Shown: positions 9,944-19,647 of the stretch, piece after piece | Position numbering within the stretch: position 1 is the first letter of the stretch | Layout of the letters: every line of letters starts with the position of its first letter | The notes under the pieces: model-generated | The model's database searches: none | Told to the model about the DNA's origin: nothing | What the model saw: the letters and a program-made list of their open reading frames with translations, nothing else | From: Methanomassiliicoccaceae archaeon | GTDB lineage: Archaea > Thermoplasmatota > Thermoplasmata > Methanomassiliicoccales > Methanomassiliicoccaceae | Direction: 5' to 3' | Assembly: GCA_963728405.1 (NCBI GenBank) | Contig: CAVSJV010000005.1 | Location: 128,001-192,000 of the forward strand | DNA length: 64,000 nucleotides | Program-made: the position numbers and the translations under genes

Positions 9944-10720
9944 ATGACGGAAAAGATCGTAGAGGCCAAGGATGTCGTTGTCAAGTACAACGGCATAACT
10001 GTTCTTGATAGTGTATCGCTTGACGTCATGAAAGGGGATTTTCTCGGCATAGTTGGCCCCAACGGGGGTGGGAAAACGACCCTCCTGAACGCCCTCTTGG
10101 GTAACCTCAACGTCACGTCCGGGGAAATTAGGCTCTTCGGGACCGAGATTGGCAAGTTCAAGGACTATCATAAGATTGGCTATGTGGCCCAGCATGCCAT
10201 CCAGTTCGACCCCCTTTTTCCGGCCACCGTCGAGGAGATCGTGCGCTTGGGCTGCATATCCAGAAAGAGATTGGGGAGAAGATTGACCTCAGAGGATAAA
10301 ATTGCCGTCAGTAGGGCGATGGAGGTTGCCGGTATCGACAACATCCGGAACAGGAAGATAAGCGAATTGTCAGGGGGTCAAAAGCAACGCATATTCATCG
10401 CTAAAGCATTGGTCAAGAACCCCGAGCTCCTCATCCTGGACGAGGCGACCAGTGGATTGGACGTCTCTATTCAAGATCGTTTCGTGGGTCTGCTCAGGAA
10501 GCTGAGAGACGAGGCCGGGGTAACGATAATCACGGTTTCACACGATCTGTCCAGTGTTATGTGTCAGGCCAATAAGCTGGCCATCGTCAACAAGAAGCTG
10601 TTGCAAACAGAGATCACCGAGGGCATGGACCCTACCGAGGCGCTACGGGATGCATACGGTGAGCATTTCACGTTCGTCTTCCACAGGCATAGGGACGACT
10701 GTATCATCCATAGTGGGTAG
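9944..10720 (+). CDS. znuC: Metal ABC transporter ATP-binding protein
   Basis: GPNGGGKTT, LSGGQKQR, LLILDEAT, VSHDL; C-terminal HRHRDDC. Confidence 0.92.
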   Translation: MTEKIVEAKDVVVKYNGITVLDSVSLDVMKGDFLGIVGPNGGGKTTLLNALLGNLNVTSGEIRLFGTEIGKFKDYHKIGYVAQHAIQFDPLFPATVEEIVRLGCISRKRLGRRLTSEDKIAVSRAMEVAGIDNIRNRKISELSGGQKQRIFIAKALVKNPELLILDEATSGLDVSIQDRFVGLLRKLRDEAGVTIITVSHDLSSVMCQANKLAIVNKKLLQTEITEGMDPTEALRDAYGEHFTFVFHRHRDDCIIHSG

Positions 10721-10728
10721 GTGAGAAA

Positions 10729-11601
10729 ATGACCTTTTCCCTCGATATGCTCTCGATGTTCGATTATGCCTTCTTCCAGCGCGCATTCATAGGCGGCATA
10801 TGTGCGGCTACACTATGCTCGATATTAGGAGTGTTCATAGTGCTGAGAAGAGCGGCCCTCATCGGGGAAGGTGTAGCTCACCTATCTTTCGGCGGAATAG
10901 CCCTCGGTCTTTTCTTGTCGATATATCCTTTGGACACCGCTCTTCTTCTGTCCTTGCTGGGGATCTTGGCCATCGCCTATATGCAACGGAAGAAGATTGT
11001 CTACTCGGAGATGGCCATAGGCATAATGATCTCCTTCGGCCTTGGGTTGGGCGCTGTATTGGCCAGCCTCGCTGGCGGGTTCAACGTGGACCTATTCTCC
11101 TACCTGTTTGGTTCAGTTCTGACAATCTCGAGCAACGATCTTCTTCTCATTATCGCCTTGTCCATAGGGGTGCTGGGGTTCGTCCTCCTGTTCTTTAACG
11201 AACTCATGCATATGACCTTCGATGAGCAGGGCGCCCGGCTGTCAGGGGTCCCCGTGCTCATCTTCGACCTTGCCTTCAACATCGTTCTTGCTTTCACGGT
11301 GGTGGTGTCCATAAAGATCGTCGGCTCCCTTCTGGTATCCGCCCTCCTGATCATACCCGCCTCATCGGCCATGCAGTTATCCAGATCGTTCCGTTCGACG
11401 GTGATGATAAGCATAGTGTTCGGCATGATCGCCGTGGTGCTGGGCCTGATATCGTCCTACATCTATGATATCGCAACGGGGGGCGCTATCGTCCTTATCA
11501 GTATCGGTATGTTCCTACTATGTGTACTACTGAAGAAGTTCATCGGGACGGACGAGCAGGCCAAGATCGAGTCGGACGATAGTACCACGAAAACAAATTG
11601 A
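10729..11601 (+). CDS. znuB: Metal ABC transporter permease
   Basis: Multi-TM; FFQRAF, GEGVAH, YLFGSV, KIVGSLLVSALLIIPA. Confidence 0.92.
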   Translation: MTFSLDMLSMFDYAFFQRAFIGGICAATLCSILGVFIVLRRAALIGEGVAHLSFGGIALGLFLSIYPLDTALLLSLLGILAIAYMQRKKIVYSEMAIGIMISFGLGLGAVLASLAGGFNVDLFSYLFGSVLTISSNDLLLIIALSIGVLGFVLLFFNELMHMTFDEQGARLSGVPVLIFDLAFNIVLAFTVVVSIKIVGSLLVSALLIIPASSAMQLSRSFRSTVMISIVFGMIAVVLGLISSYIYDIATGGAIVLISIGMFLLCVLLKKFIGTDEQAKIESDDSTTKTN

Positions 11602-12015
11602 TGAAGATATTTGTTCTCAGGGCCCGTTCGGGCTGCAGAAGACGGTCGCACCCGATGATCGGCCACTTCCCGATATCCGAAATTATTGACCGGGCTCCGA
11701 TGCCCCCATCCTGTCGCCTTGATGGCATGCTCAAATTAGGATAAGGAGCTATTCAATGCCCGCCCCCCTCATCGCACCTTCGATCTGTTTCTATTCTGTC
11801 GCCCCTGCCATGGTCAAAGTCAGCGCCTGGACCGCTGTTGATCAAGATTTATTAAAATCCTACCTATAGGAAAAGTTTCGGGAAAACCACTATATACTGT
11901 AGCCAAAATCGAACCGGCGGAGCGTCCCTCGAAAGGAAAACGCTCCTCCATCCCGACGCGGCCCGTCTTGTTTGGTTCGACCGTGTCGCCGGAAGATGAT
12001 CAGGAGATTACATTA

Positions 12016-13407
12016 ATGCACATGAGGAAGACCGCGGTCGGTAAAGGCCTCGCTCGTTTCGAGGCAGCTTTTTCCGACCGGATCGACGGATGGCTCGCTC
12101 CCTTGGGGGAGCGGTGGAACGAACTTCAGATAAGGCTATACTCTGGCCTGTCGGAGGAGCCAGAGAGATCGAAGAAGGCGCAGCCCCGGGCCACCCTAGA
12201 CCCCGTCCACCTGTCTGAGCGAAAGGTCGTCATCTGCATCGAGGGCCTCACCAAGGTCTTCGGTCCGGAGCTCAAGACCTCGCTTGCGATGATGGACCGC
12301 GGGGCCACCAAGAATGAGATATTGGAGAGCACCGGTGGGGTGGTCGGTCTGAAAAGCATCGACCTAGAGGTGTACGAGGGCGAGATATTCGTCATCATGG
12401 GCCTGTCCGGATGTGGTAAGTCGACCCTGGAGCGATGTCTCAATCGCCTGGTCGAGCCGACACGGGGACGAATCATTATCAATGGTACTGAGATCACTAC
12501 TCTGGATGAGGTTGGACTGAGGGCTTTCCGTCGCCGCCACATCGGCATGGTCTTTCAGAACTTTGGTCTGCTGCCCCATCGCTCGGTGGTGGAAAATGTG
12601 GCCTTCGGCCTGGAGGTCCAGGGGGTGACCAGGGAGGGGCGGCTGGAGAGGTCGATGAATGCCCTGGCGCTGGTCGGTCTTAAGGGCTACGAGCATGTCC
12701 GTCCATCCACGCTCAGCGGGGGCATGAAGCAGCGCGTTGGTCTGGCCAGGGCTTTGGCCACCGATCCCGAGATTCTGCTCATGGACGAGGCGTTCAGTGC
12801 CCTCGACCCGCTCATCCGCAAGAACATGCAGGAGGAGCTGCTGGACCTCCAGGCCAAGGTGCACAAGACCATTGTCTTCGTCACCCACGACCTCGACGAG
12901 GCTCTGAGGATGGGCGACCGCATCGCCATCATGCGGGACGGGGTCATCGTCCAGGTCGGTACTCCGGAAGAGATCCTCTCCAAGCCCGCAGACGACTATG
13001 TGGCTAAGTTCCTGGATGGCGTCGACCGCTCTAAGGTCATGACCTGCGAGAATGTCATGAAGGCGCCCGAGCTGATCATTCCTCCGAAGACCGGACCACG
13101 TACCGCTCTCAAGATGCTCGAGGACATCGGCCAGACCACCGGCTTCGTGGTCGACCGGGACCGGGGCTTCATCGGTATGGTGAGGGCGGATGACCTCCTC
13201 AAGGCCGTGCCTGGGGAGAGAACAGTGGGCAGCATGGTCTCCTTGGTGAGGTCGGTAACTCCGAGCACTCTGGTGGAGGATCTGATCCCCATCCTGGTGG
13301 AGACGGACCATCCTATACCGGTGCTCAATGAGGCGAATCGGCTGATGGGGGTCATCTATCCGGCCTCGGTGATGGGCCGCATCCGTATGGGCGAGGTAGA
13401 AGCATGA
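12016..13407 (+). CDS. proV: Glycine betaine/proline ABC transporter ATPase with CBS pair
   Basis: GLSGCGKST, LSGGMKQRVGLARAL, MDEAFSALDPLIR; C-terminal CBS domains. Start is uncertain (11968/12016/12022). Confidence 0.93.
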   Translation: MHMRKTAVGKGLARFEAAFSDRIDGWLAPLGERWNELQIRLYSGLSEEPERSKKAQPRATLDPVHLSERKVVICIEGLTKVFGPELKTSLAMMDRGATKNEILESTGGVVGLKSIDLEVYEGEIFVIMGLSGCGKSTLERCLNRLVEPTRGRIIINGTEITTLDEVGLRAFRRRHIGMVFQNFGLLPHRSVVENVAFGLEVQGVTREGRLERSMNALALVGLKGYEHVRPSTLSGGMKQRVGLARALATDPEILLMDEAFSALDPLIRKNMQEELLDLQAKVHKTIVFVTHDLDEALRMGDRIAIMRDGVIVQVGTPEEILSKPADDYVAKFLDGVDRSKVMTCENVMKAPELIIPPKTGPRTALKMLEDIGQTTGFVVDRDRGFIGMVRADDLLKAVPGERTVGSMVSLVRSVTPSTLVEDLIPILVETDHPIPVLNEANRLMGVIYPASVMGRIRMGEVEA

Positions 13408-14237
13408 GCGCGGACAAGCTTCCGTTGGGCGATCTGGCCCAGGGGGCGGTGGACTGGATCGAGAACAATATGGGGTTCGCCCTGGACGCTCTATCCGACA
13501 TGTTCCGTTCGCTGTTCGGCGCGGTAAGCTCTCTGTTGGATAGCCTCCCCGCCCCGGTTATGGCGGTTCTCATCGCCTTCATAGCTCTGTTACTCACCCG
13601 GAAGGTCCTGCTCTCGGTCGGAGTGGCATTGGCTTTACTACTTATCGACAATCTCGGGCTGTGGGGCCTCTCTATGGAGACCCTCTCCCTGGTGCTCGTG
13701 TCTGCGGGAATGGCCATCCTGGTGGGGTTGCCTCTGGGCATAATGTCTTCCCGGAGTGACAGGCTCAAGGCGGTACTGAAGGTCGGCTTGGACTTCATGC
13801 AGACCATGCCCTCCTTTGTCTACCTGATCCCGGTGGTCATCTTCTTCGGCCTGGGCAACGTACCGGGGATCATCGCCACCATAGTGTTCGCCCTCCCCCC
13901 GGTGGTCCGGCTGACCGACCTGGGAATAAGGCAGGTGCCTCGGGAGTTGGACGAGGTCGCCGAGGCCTTCGGCGGCTCCAGGTTGCAAAAGTTGTTGTGG
14001 GTCCAGCTCCCCGTAGCCAAGGCTACGATCATGGCCGGGGTGAACCAGTGCGTGATGCTCTCCCTATCTATGGTGGTCATCGCCTCGATGATCGGGGCCA
14101 GAGGGCTGGGCCGTAACGTGCTCATTGCCATCCAGCGGGTGGACATCGGCCTTGGGTTCGAGGCCGGGGTGGCCATCGTGATCATCGCGGTCATACTGGA
14201 CCGCATCTCCCAGAGCATGGGAAGGAGCGTGGAGTGA
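13404..14237 (+). CDS. proW: Glycine betaine ABC transporter permease
   Basis: LDFMQTMPSFVYLIP, RLTDLGIRQVP, SMVVIASMIGA. Confidence 0.93.
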   Translation: MSADKLPLGDLAQGAVDWIENNMGFALDALSDMFRSLFGAVSSLLDSLPAPVMAVLIAFIALLLTRKVLLSVGVALALLLIDNLGLWGLSMETLSLVLVSAGMAILVGLPLGIMSSRSDRLKAVLKVGLDFMQTMPSFVYLIPVVIFFGLGNVPGIIATIVFALPPVVRLTDLGIRQVPRELDEVAEAFGGSRLQKLLWVQLPVAKATIMAGVNQCVMLSLSMVVIASMIGARGLGRNVLIAIQRVDIGLGFEAGVAIVIIAVILDRISQSMGRSVE

Positions 14238-14282
14238 CACTCATGGGCCGGCCCTGGCCGGCCATATTGGAGAGGAAAAAAG

Positions 14283-15164
14283 ATGAAAAAGAATGTTAGA
14301 AATATGGTAATGACGGGAGCGGCCGTCGTGGTCGCTCTGGTATTGATCAGCGTGGCCCTGTCCGGCTCTCCGGCCAGCGGCAAGAAATCCCTACAGTTCG
14401 GCTATGTGCTGTGGGACGGCGAGATCGCCAGCACCAACGTGCTGACCCTGGTGCTTCAGGAGGCAGGTTACGACGTGGACATGGTCAACGTGGACGCAGG
14501 CATCCTGTACCAGGGACTGGCCAAGGGTGAGCTTGACTTCACCACATCTGCCTGGCTGCCCGCAACTCAGAAGAACTACTGGGATGTCTACGGCGAGGAC
14601 ATAGACATGGTGGCTACCAATCTAGAGGGTTGCAAGATCGGCCTGGCCGTGCCCAGTTACCTCACTGAGGTGAACAGTATCGCCGACCTGGAAACCTATG
14701 CCGATAACTTCGGTGGACAGATCGTTGGCATCGACCCCGGAGCGGGCATGATGACTAACACCCAGGACGCCATCGATCAGTATGGGTTGAGCCTCGAGCT
14801 GGAGGCTAGCAGCAGCGCGGGCATGCTCGCCGAGCTGACCAGTGCCTACGATAACAACGAATGGATCGTAGTTACGCTTTGGTCCCCTCACTGGGCCTTC
14901 GACAAGTGGGACCTCAAGTATCTTGAAGACCCCCAGGAAGTTTTCGGCGGTGCCGAAGAGGTACGTACCCTGGCCCGTCAGGGCTTCCAGGCCGAACAGC
15001 CCGGGGCCTATGCCATCATCGAGCGATTCAACTGGACCCAGTCCGATATCCAGTCGGTGATGTTGGACATCTCCAGCGGCATGGATGAGAAAGTGGCGGC
15101 CCAGAAGTGGATCGACAACCACCGTAGCGTAGTGGAGGAATGGCTTCACGGAACCTCGACATGA
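14283..15164 (+). CDS. proX: Glycine betaine ABC transporter substrate-binding protein (OpuAC type)
   Basis: AWLP, GIDPGAG, WSPHW, YLEDP motifs (Trp cage); N-terminal TM. Confidence 0.92.
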   Translation: MKKNVRNMVMTGAAVVVALVLISVALSGSPASGKKSLQFGYVLWDGEIASTNVLTLVLQEAGYDVDMVNVDAGILYQGLAKGELDFTTSAWLPATQKNYWDVYGEDIDMVATNLEGCKIGLAVPSYLTEVNSIADLETYADNFGGQIVGIDPGAGMMTNTQDAIDQYGLSLELEASSSAGMLAELTSAYDNNEWIVVTLWSPHWAFDKWDLKYLEDPQEVFGGAEEVRTLARQGFQAEQPGAYAIIERFNWTQSDIQSVMLDISSGMDEKVAAQKWIDNHRSVVEEWLHGTST

Positions 15165-15252
15165 ACGCCCGACCAAACCCCTTCCCTATTTTTCCGATGT
15201 CTTTTCATGTCATGACCACATCCGTACACCCAAATATCATGAGAGGCACAGA

Positions 15253-15891
15253 ATGATCAAGGCGACCCTGCTCATCCGCCCCCTAGATAGCTGGGCGGTG
15301 GACATATCTAATCGACTGAGGACCGCCATCCGGGTGGTGGACTGTAACATCGACCAAAATGGGGAAGTGAGCGGCCTGGTCGAATTCAGCCTGGACAATG
15401 CATCAAAGGGCTCCATAGTCGAGGGGCTGGCCAAGCATCCTGACGTTGGGGATGTTCACTTCTTCGAGGAGATGGGAGGTGCAATACTAGCCAGTCTGAA
15501 GGTGAAAAAGTGGATAGTACTAACCTCCATGTATCGGCTCAACTGCTATATCCAGGGCGCGCAGACCCGGAAGGATGGAGCAATTGAGTGGCGTCTCATG
15601 GTCGTAGACGAGGTCATGCTTCGTAAGGTCGTGCAAGATCTCGAGAAGGAGGGATGCAAGGTCAAGCTCGTTCGTAAGAGCAAGGTCAACGAGGCGAAGT
15701 TGCTAACCGGTAGACAGGAAGTGGTCATCGAGAAGGCGCTTGAAATGGGCTACTTCGACTATCCTCGCAGAGTCACCGGCCGGGAACTGGCCCGACGGTT
15801 GAACATCACCCAGTCCACCCTATACGAAACTCTCCAGGACTCTCAGAGAAAGATCCTGGAAGTATATATGCTGCGACGGCGGCTGGTCTGA
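15253..15891 (+). CDS. Bacterio-opsin-activator-type HTH-10 transcriptional regulator
   Basis: C-terminal LTGRQEVVIEKALEMGYFDYPRR...ELARRLNIT. Confidence 0.85.
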   Translation: MIKATLLIRPLDSWAVDISNRLRTAIRVVDCNIDQNGEVSGLVEFSLDNASKGSIVEGLAKHPDVGDVHFFEEMGGAILASLKVKKWIVLTSMYRLNCYIQGAQTRKDGAIEWRLMVVDEVMLRKVVQDLEKEGCKVKLVRKSKVNEAKLLTGRQEVVIEKALEMGYFDYPRRVTGRELARRLNITQSTLYETLQDSQRKILEVYMLRRRLV

Positions 15892-15934
15892 GGTCCGGGA
15901 AAATTATTAAGTTCTATAGGTGGGAAGGGGCGAT

Positions 15935-16186
15935 ATGATGTTCGAGAGCACCGAACACCGGGGGCGAGTACGTTTGCTGCTCACTTCGCTCCCCATAGCG
16001 GGCAGCGCTCTAGCCTGTTAGATCCTCTACTTGCTCCAAGGCATCGATGCCATATTCTCGGCGGTAGTGATCCTATCTCTTGTCGTACTGTTCGTCATCT
16101 CGATGTATCAGGAGAACGGCGTTCTGGCTGGATGGGATAAAATGGGCCGAACCTCGCCGAATGACGTTGATCGGGACGATGGGTAA
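15935..16186 (+). other. 83-codon two-TM small membrane ORF interrupted by an in-frame TAG (16019-16021)
   Basis: TATA-like aaattattaa (15901) and purine-rich RBS; reads MMFESTEHRGRVRLLLTSLPIAGSALAC*ILYLLQGIDAIFSAVVILSLVVLFVISMYQE...DDG-TAA. Confidence 0.45.
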
Positions 16187-16238
16187 AAGGCACCCCTGCC
16201 CCAGGGGCCCATGGACGGGGCCTGATCGTCGTGGCTGC

Positions 16239-16973
16239 TCACTTCATGATCAATGAGGCGGCGTAAACGTAGCCCTTCGGCGCGATTGCCGTCGGATCGA
16301 AGGCGAACTCGACGTCCCGGCCGGCATGGGTCGCGGCCAGCCACATATGGCAGAGCGCGATGCCTACGTTGACCCGGTTCATACTGTCGGTCACCAGGGA
16401 CTTGGCGCTATGCGCATGAATGATGCCGTTCCCGCCGGTGAAGTACCATGACTGGTTGTTCATGCCGGAAGGAGCAAGGCGGGCCGGTTCGAGGATGTCG
16501 TCCAATCCCTTGATGTCGGTGATCTGGGAGATCGGCTCGCGTTTGAAATCCGCAATGCCAGAGCGATGGATCGGCTCCGTCGGCCTGCCAAACGCTATCA
16601 TGATGATGTATTCGAGGCCTTCCCCGCCCCTGACCTTCCTTATTGGTTTAGGACCGCCCTGCCAGCAACATCCGATGCCATTGGCCGAGAGGAACAGGTC
16701 CACCTGCTGAAGGAGGAATCCCGCGTTGGCCGCATAGCTCCCCCTTTCCTCTGAGAATATGGCCAGGTAGTGGGGGGCGGTCACTTTGAACATGCCTCGG
16801 ACATCATCCCCGTTCAGGAACCTCAGCTCGGTCTGGATCTCCGGGAACAGGGGTCTCAGGGTGGAGATGAACGATCTGATCTTGGATAGGGTGGCTTCGT
16901 CCAGTGGTGCGGCCTCGAACTTCCTGACCGACTTTCTCTTGAAGATGGCCTGGTAGATCTCTTCCTCGGTCAT
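16239..16973 (-). CDS. Nitroreductase family protein
   Basis: IFKRKSVRKF, ARLAPSGMNNQSW, GIALCH. Confidence 0.88.
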   Translation of the reverse strand: MTEEEIYQAIFKRKSVRKFEAAPLDEATLSKIRSFISTLRPLFPEIQTELRFLNGDDVRGMFKVTAPHYLAIFSEERGSYAANAGFLLQQVDLFLSANGIGCCWQGGPKPIRKVRGGEGLEYIIMIAFGRPTEPIHRSGIADFKREPISQITDIKGLDDILEPARLAPSGMNNQSWYFTGGNGIIHAHSAKSLVTDSMNRVNVGIALCHMWLAATHAGRDVEFAFDPTAIAPKGYVYAASLIMK

Positions 16974-17061
16974 GATGTGGTCTCTGTCTGGCGCTATTGG
17001 CGAACGACCTATTTAGCATTCCTCGGTCATCAAAGCATATCCGTATTTTTCGAGATCTAGC

Positions 17062-17664
17062 TCAGGTGATCGGTTGCTCCGTCTCCGCGGGCGATGCCAT
17101 CAGGTAACCGCCGAGGGCCACCATCCACAGGAGGGCGGGGTAGACGATCATGCGCTCCGAGCCGCCATGGCCTATGGGGCCAAAGAGGTTCACGATATCG
17201 GCGTCGCCGAGTAACATTACGACCACAAAGGTCAGACCGATGATACCGGCGAGAGCCGATATGGCCTTCATGGGCCCCCTGACCAATTGGGCAGTAGCGA
17301 TGGCTTCACCGTTGAAGAACAGGAACGCTGCCAGGGCGAACAGACTATGGAGCCCTGAGGGGTTGTCCAACGATATGATCCCGGCACCGATCGCCCCGAT
17401 ACCGGCCAGGACGAATAGGGCCAGTGTTCCGACCTTCTGATGTGTCTGGTAGAACAGGTAGCCGCCAATGATGTTGAGCAGGCCGACGATGACCATGGAA
17501 GCGGTAAATATCGCTGCCGTCTCCTGGATCACGCCCAGATCACTGATGGCATTGTCATGCATGCTGTATCCGGGCGCCATAGACTCACCGATCATGAGGA
17601 ACAACAGGAACTGGGCAGAGAGCACGAAGAACAGGATGCCGGCAACGTGTCGAGATTGGCGCAT
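17062..17664 (-). CDS. DUF998-type membrane protein
   Basis: PGYSMHDNAISDLG, LHSLFA, GGSERMIVYP; multi-TM. Confidence 0.75.
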   Translation of the reverse strand: MRQSRHVAGILFFVLSAQFLLFLMIGESMAPGYSMHDNAISDLGVIQETAAIFTASMVIVGLLNIIGGYLFYQTHQKVGTLALFVLAGIGAIGAGIISLDNPSGLHSLFALAAFLFFNGEAIATAQLVRGPMKAISALAGIIGLTFVVVMLLGDADIVNLFGPIGHGGSERMIVYPALLWMVALGGYLMASPAETEQPIT

Positions 17665-17818
17665 AAATCGGACCGGACCGATATTGGGGAAATGGTAATT
17701 GAAAGTTAAGTTCTGGATCGTTTGCCGGTATCGCCGAACTCTTTGCCTTGGGCCCTTGAACGGGCAGGGAGGGGCCGACAACTTCTTGACATGCTCGCTC
17801 AACATACTCTAATGAGGT

Positions 17819-18988
17819 TTGAACGTGGATCAGGCCGCCACCGTATCGTTCGTTCAGGAGATCATGTCGGACTTCGCTCACCGCACCGGTCTGGAGTCCG
17901 CTATCGTCAAGGCAAAGCGGTACCTGTGGACGGACGCTTTCGCGGTGTGCAATTACCTATCGCTGTACCATCGCACCGAGGAAGAGCGGTTCCGGGTCCT
18001 TGCTCTCCGGCTGGTCGATCAGGTCCATAATGTACTGGGCCGCCATCGGGGGGACGATGAGCGGCAGGGATGGATCAGCGGTCTCGATGAGGAGGAAGGC
18101 GCCAGGCATCCTACCGTGGGCGGGCTGCGCATCGGAAAGAAGCTGAAGGAGCGGGGCAGGAGCGAGGCACCGGACCCCTTCCTTGAGTGGGAGCAGGACG
18201 GGCAATACTATCACTACCTGACCAAGTGGATGCACGCCCTGTCTCGCGTCAGTGAGGTCACCGGAGATCCCCGATATCTTCGATGGGCGATTGAACTGGC
18301 GCGAGGGACCCACCCTCGGTTCACCCACGCTACTCCAGCTCCCGGGGAGAAGAGGATGTACTGGAAGATGAGCATCGACCTGAGCTATCCACTGGTGACC
18401 TCGATGGGGCAACACGACGCCCTCGACGGCTATGTGACGTATTGCGAGCTTCGGCACGCCTCCGGGCGCTTCAAGGGCGCCAGTCTGCCGGACCTCGGGC
18501 CTGAGATCGAGGACATGGCAGGGATATGCCGTGAGGGAGGCTGGGCCACCGACGACGCTCTGGGGGCGGGAGGGTTGCTCATCGATGGGTGGCGAGTGGC
18601 CCAGATGCTCAACGATGGGGATCTCCTGGCCCTGCTGAAGAGGCTCACCAGCGCGTCCCTGGTGAGCGTGGGAGCGATCGCCGGAGACAGCGATCTCGAG
18701 GGATCGGCGGGACAGCGGCTGGCCTTCCGGGAACTGGGGCTGGCCATCGGTCTGGACGCGGTCGAGTTGCTGGGAGCGTGGCTAAATAAGGGGATGGAGC
18801 GGACCGTTGACGGGGTCCTGGCCGAACAGGTCGACCTCCTGCAGGGCTTCGCACCTCTGGCCAAAAAGGTGGAGAGGTTCTGGGCCGACCCCCGGAATAG
18901 GCTCGCCGCGACCTGGAAGGATCATGAGGACATCAACGCGGTGATGCTGGCCACCAGCCTTGCCCCTTCGGAGTTCCTGAGGATCTAG
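17819..18988 (+). CDS. Conserved hypothetical protein (possible alpha/alpha-toroid enzyme)
   Basis: Long ORF with RYLWTDAFAVCN, GGLRIGK, DGQYYHYLTKW, MYWKMSIDL, GQHD, HEDINAVMLAT blocks. Confidence 0.7.
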   Translation: MNVDQAATVSFVQEIMSDFAHRTGLESAIVKAKRYLWTDAFAVCNYLSLYHRTEEERFRVLALRLVDQVHNVLGRHRGDDERQGWISGLDEEEGARHPTVGGLRIGKKLKERGRSEAPDPFLEWEQDGQYYHYLTKWMHALSRVSEVTGDPRYLRWAIELARGTHPRFTHATPAPGEKRMYWKMSIDLSYPLVTSMGQHDALDGYVTYCELRHASGRFKGASLPDLGPEIEDMAGICREGGWATDDALGAGGLLIDGWRVAQMLNDGDLLALLKRLTSASLVSVGAIAGDSDLEGSAGQRLAFRELGLAIGLDAVELLGAWLNKGMERTVDGVLAEQVDLLQGFAPLAKKVERFWADPRNRLAATWKDHEDINAVMLATSLAPSEFLRI

Positions 18989-19031
18989 CCCTTCGAGACT
19001 ACTTTCTTGTAGGTGGCGAGCCTACTACATC

Positions 19032-19574
19032 ATGATGAACCGCCTGTCCGATAGCCAGCATGAGCCGGAACTTGTTTCATTGAGGAACGAGGACCTGCCG
19101 AGCATCATTGCCTGGTTCGACCAACGGCTCGCCGAGCTGACCGTCGGCGAGCGCAACGAGCGCCACCTGATCGAAGAGGCCAAGGAAAACACCGCCAGCT
19201 GGTACGATCGGGGCGTTCATGCCCGGACCGGCCGCCCCCTCGAGCCCTCCTTCCGCCAGCATATCAGCAACCTCCTGGAGAACGAGGCCACCGGCCTGGT
19301 GGCCAAACTGAACGCCGATCAGCTGATCAACGACCTCTCTTCGATGGAGGGAGCCTTAGGCACCTCCGGACTGAAGCTGCAGGTGGAGCGGAGGCTCCGG
19401 TCGGAGATCGAGGGCTTGAGGCGTGACCTGCTGAAGGACGGCCGTTATCACCGAACATATGACGAGGCCATGGCGAGGATAGCCGCTCTGGTCAGAACGG
19501 CCCGGGGAGCCTGGGCTGACAATCATCTCAATATTCTGGAGCGCTACTTGGGCCGCGACCGATGGTGGCTCTGA
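19032..19574 (+). CDS. Hypothetical helical protein
   Basis: 180-aa ORF with host-like codon usage; no recognised motif. Confidence 0.6.
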   Translation: MMNRLSDSQHEPELVSLRNEDLPSIIAWFDQRLAELTVGERNERHLIEEAKENTASWYDRGVHARTGRPLEPSFRQHISNLLENEATGLVAKLNADQLINDLSSMEGALGTSGLKLQVERRLRSEIEGLRRDLLKDGRYHRTYDEAMARIAALVRTARGAWADNHLNILERYLGRDRWWL

Positions 19575-19592
19575 TACTCTGATACTCTGATA
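19569..19592 (+). repeat. Short tandem repeat (CTCTGATA)x3
   Basis: Seen directly; overlaps the stop codon of 19032-19574. Confidence 0.8.
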
Positions 19593-19647
19593 TCATCATA
19601 TCATGTTATGATCTCCGGGTAATATCCTAGCGGCCCTCCCCGGTCCT

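Noticed and set aside
19569-19592. (CTCTGATA)x3 as a functional or phase-variable repeat
   Set aside because: Only three units at a gene's 3' end; copy-number change would not alter the protein.
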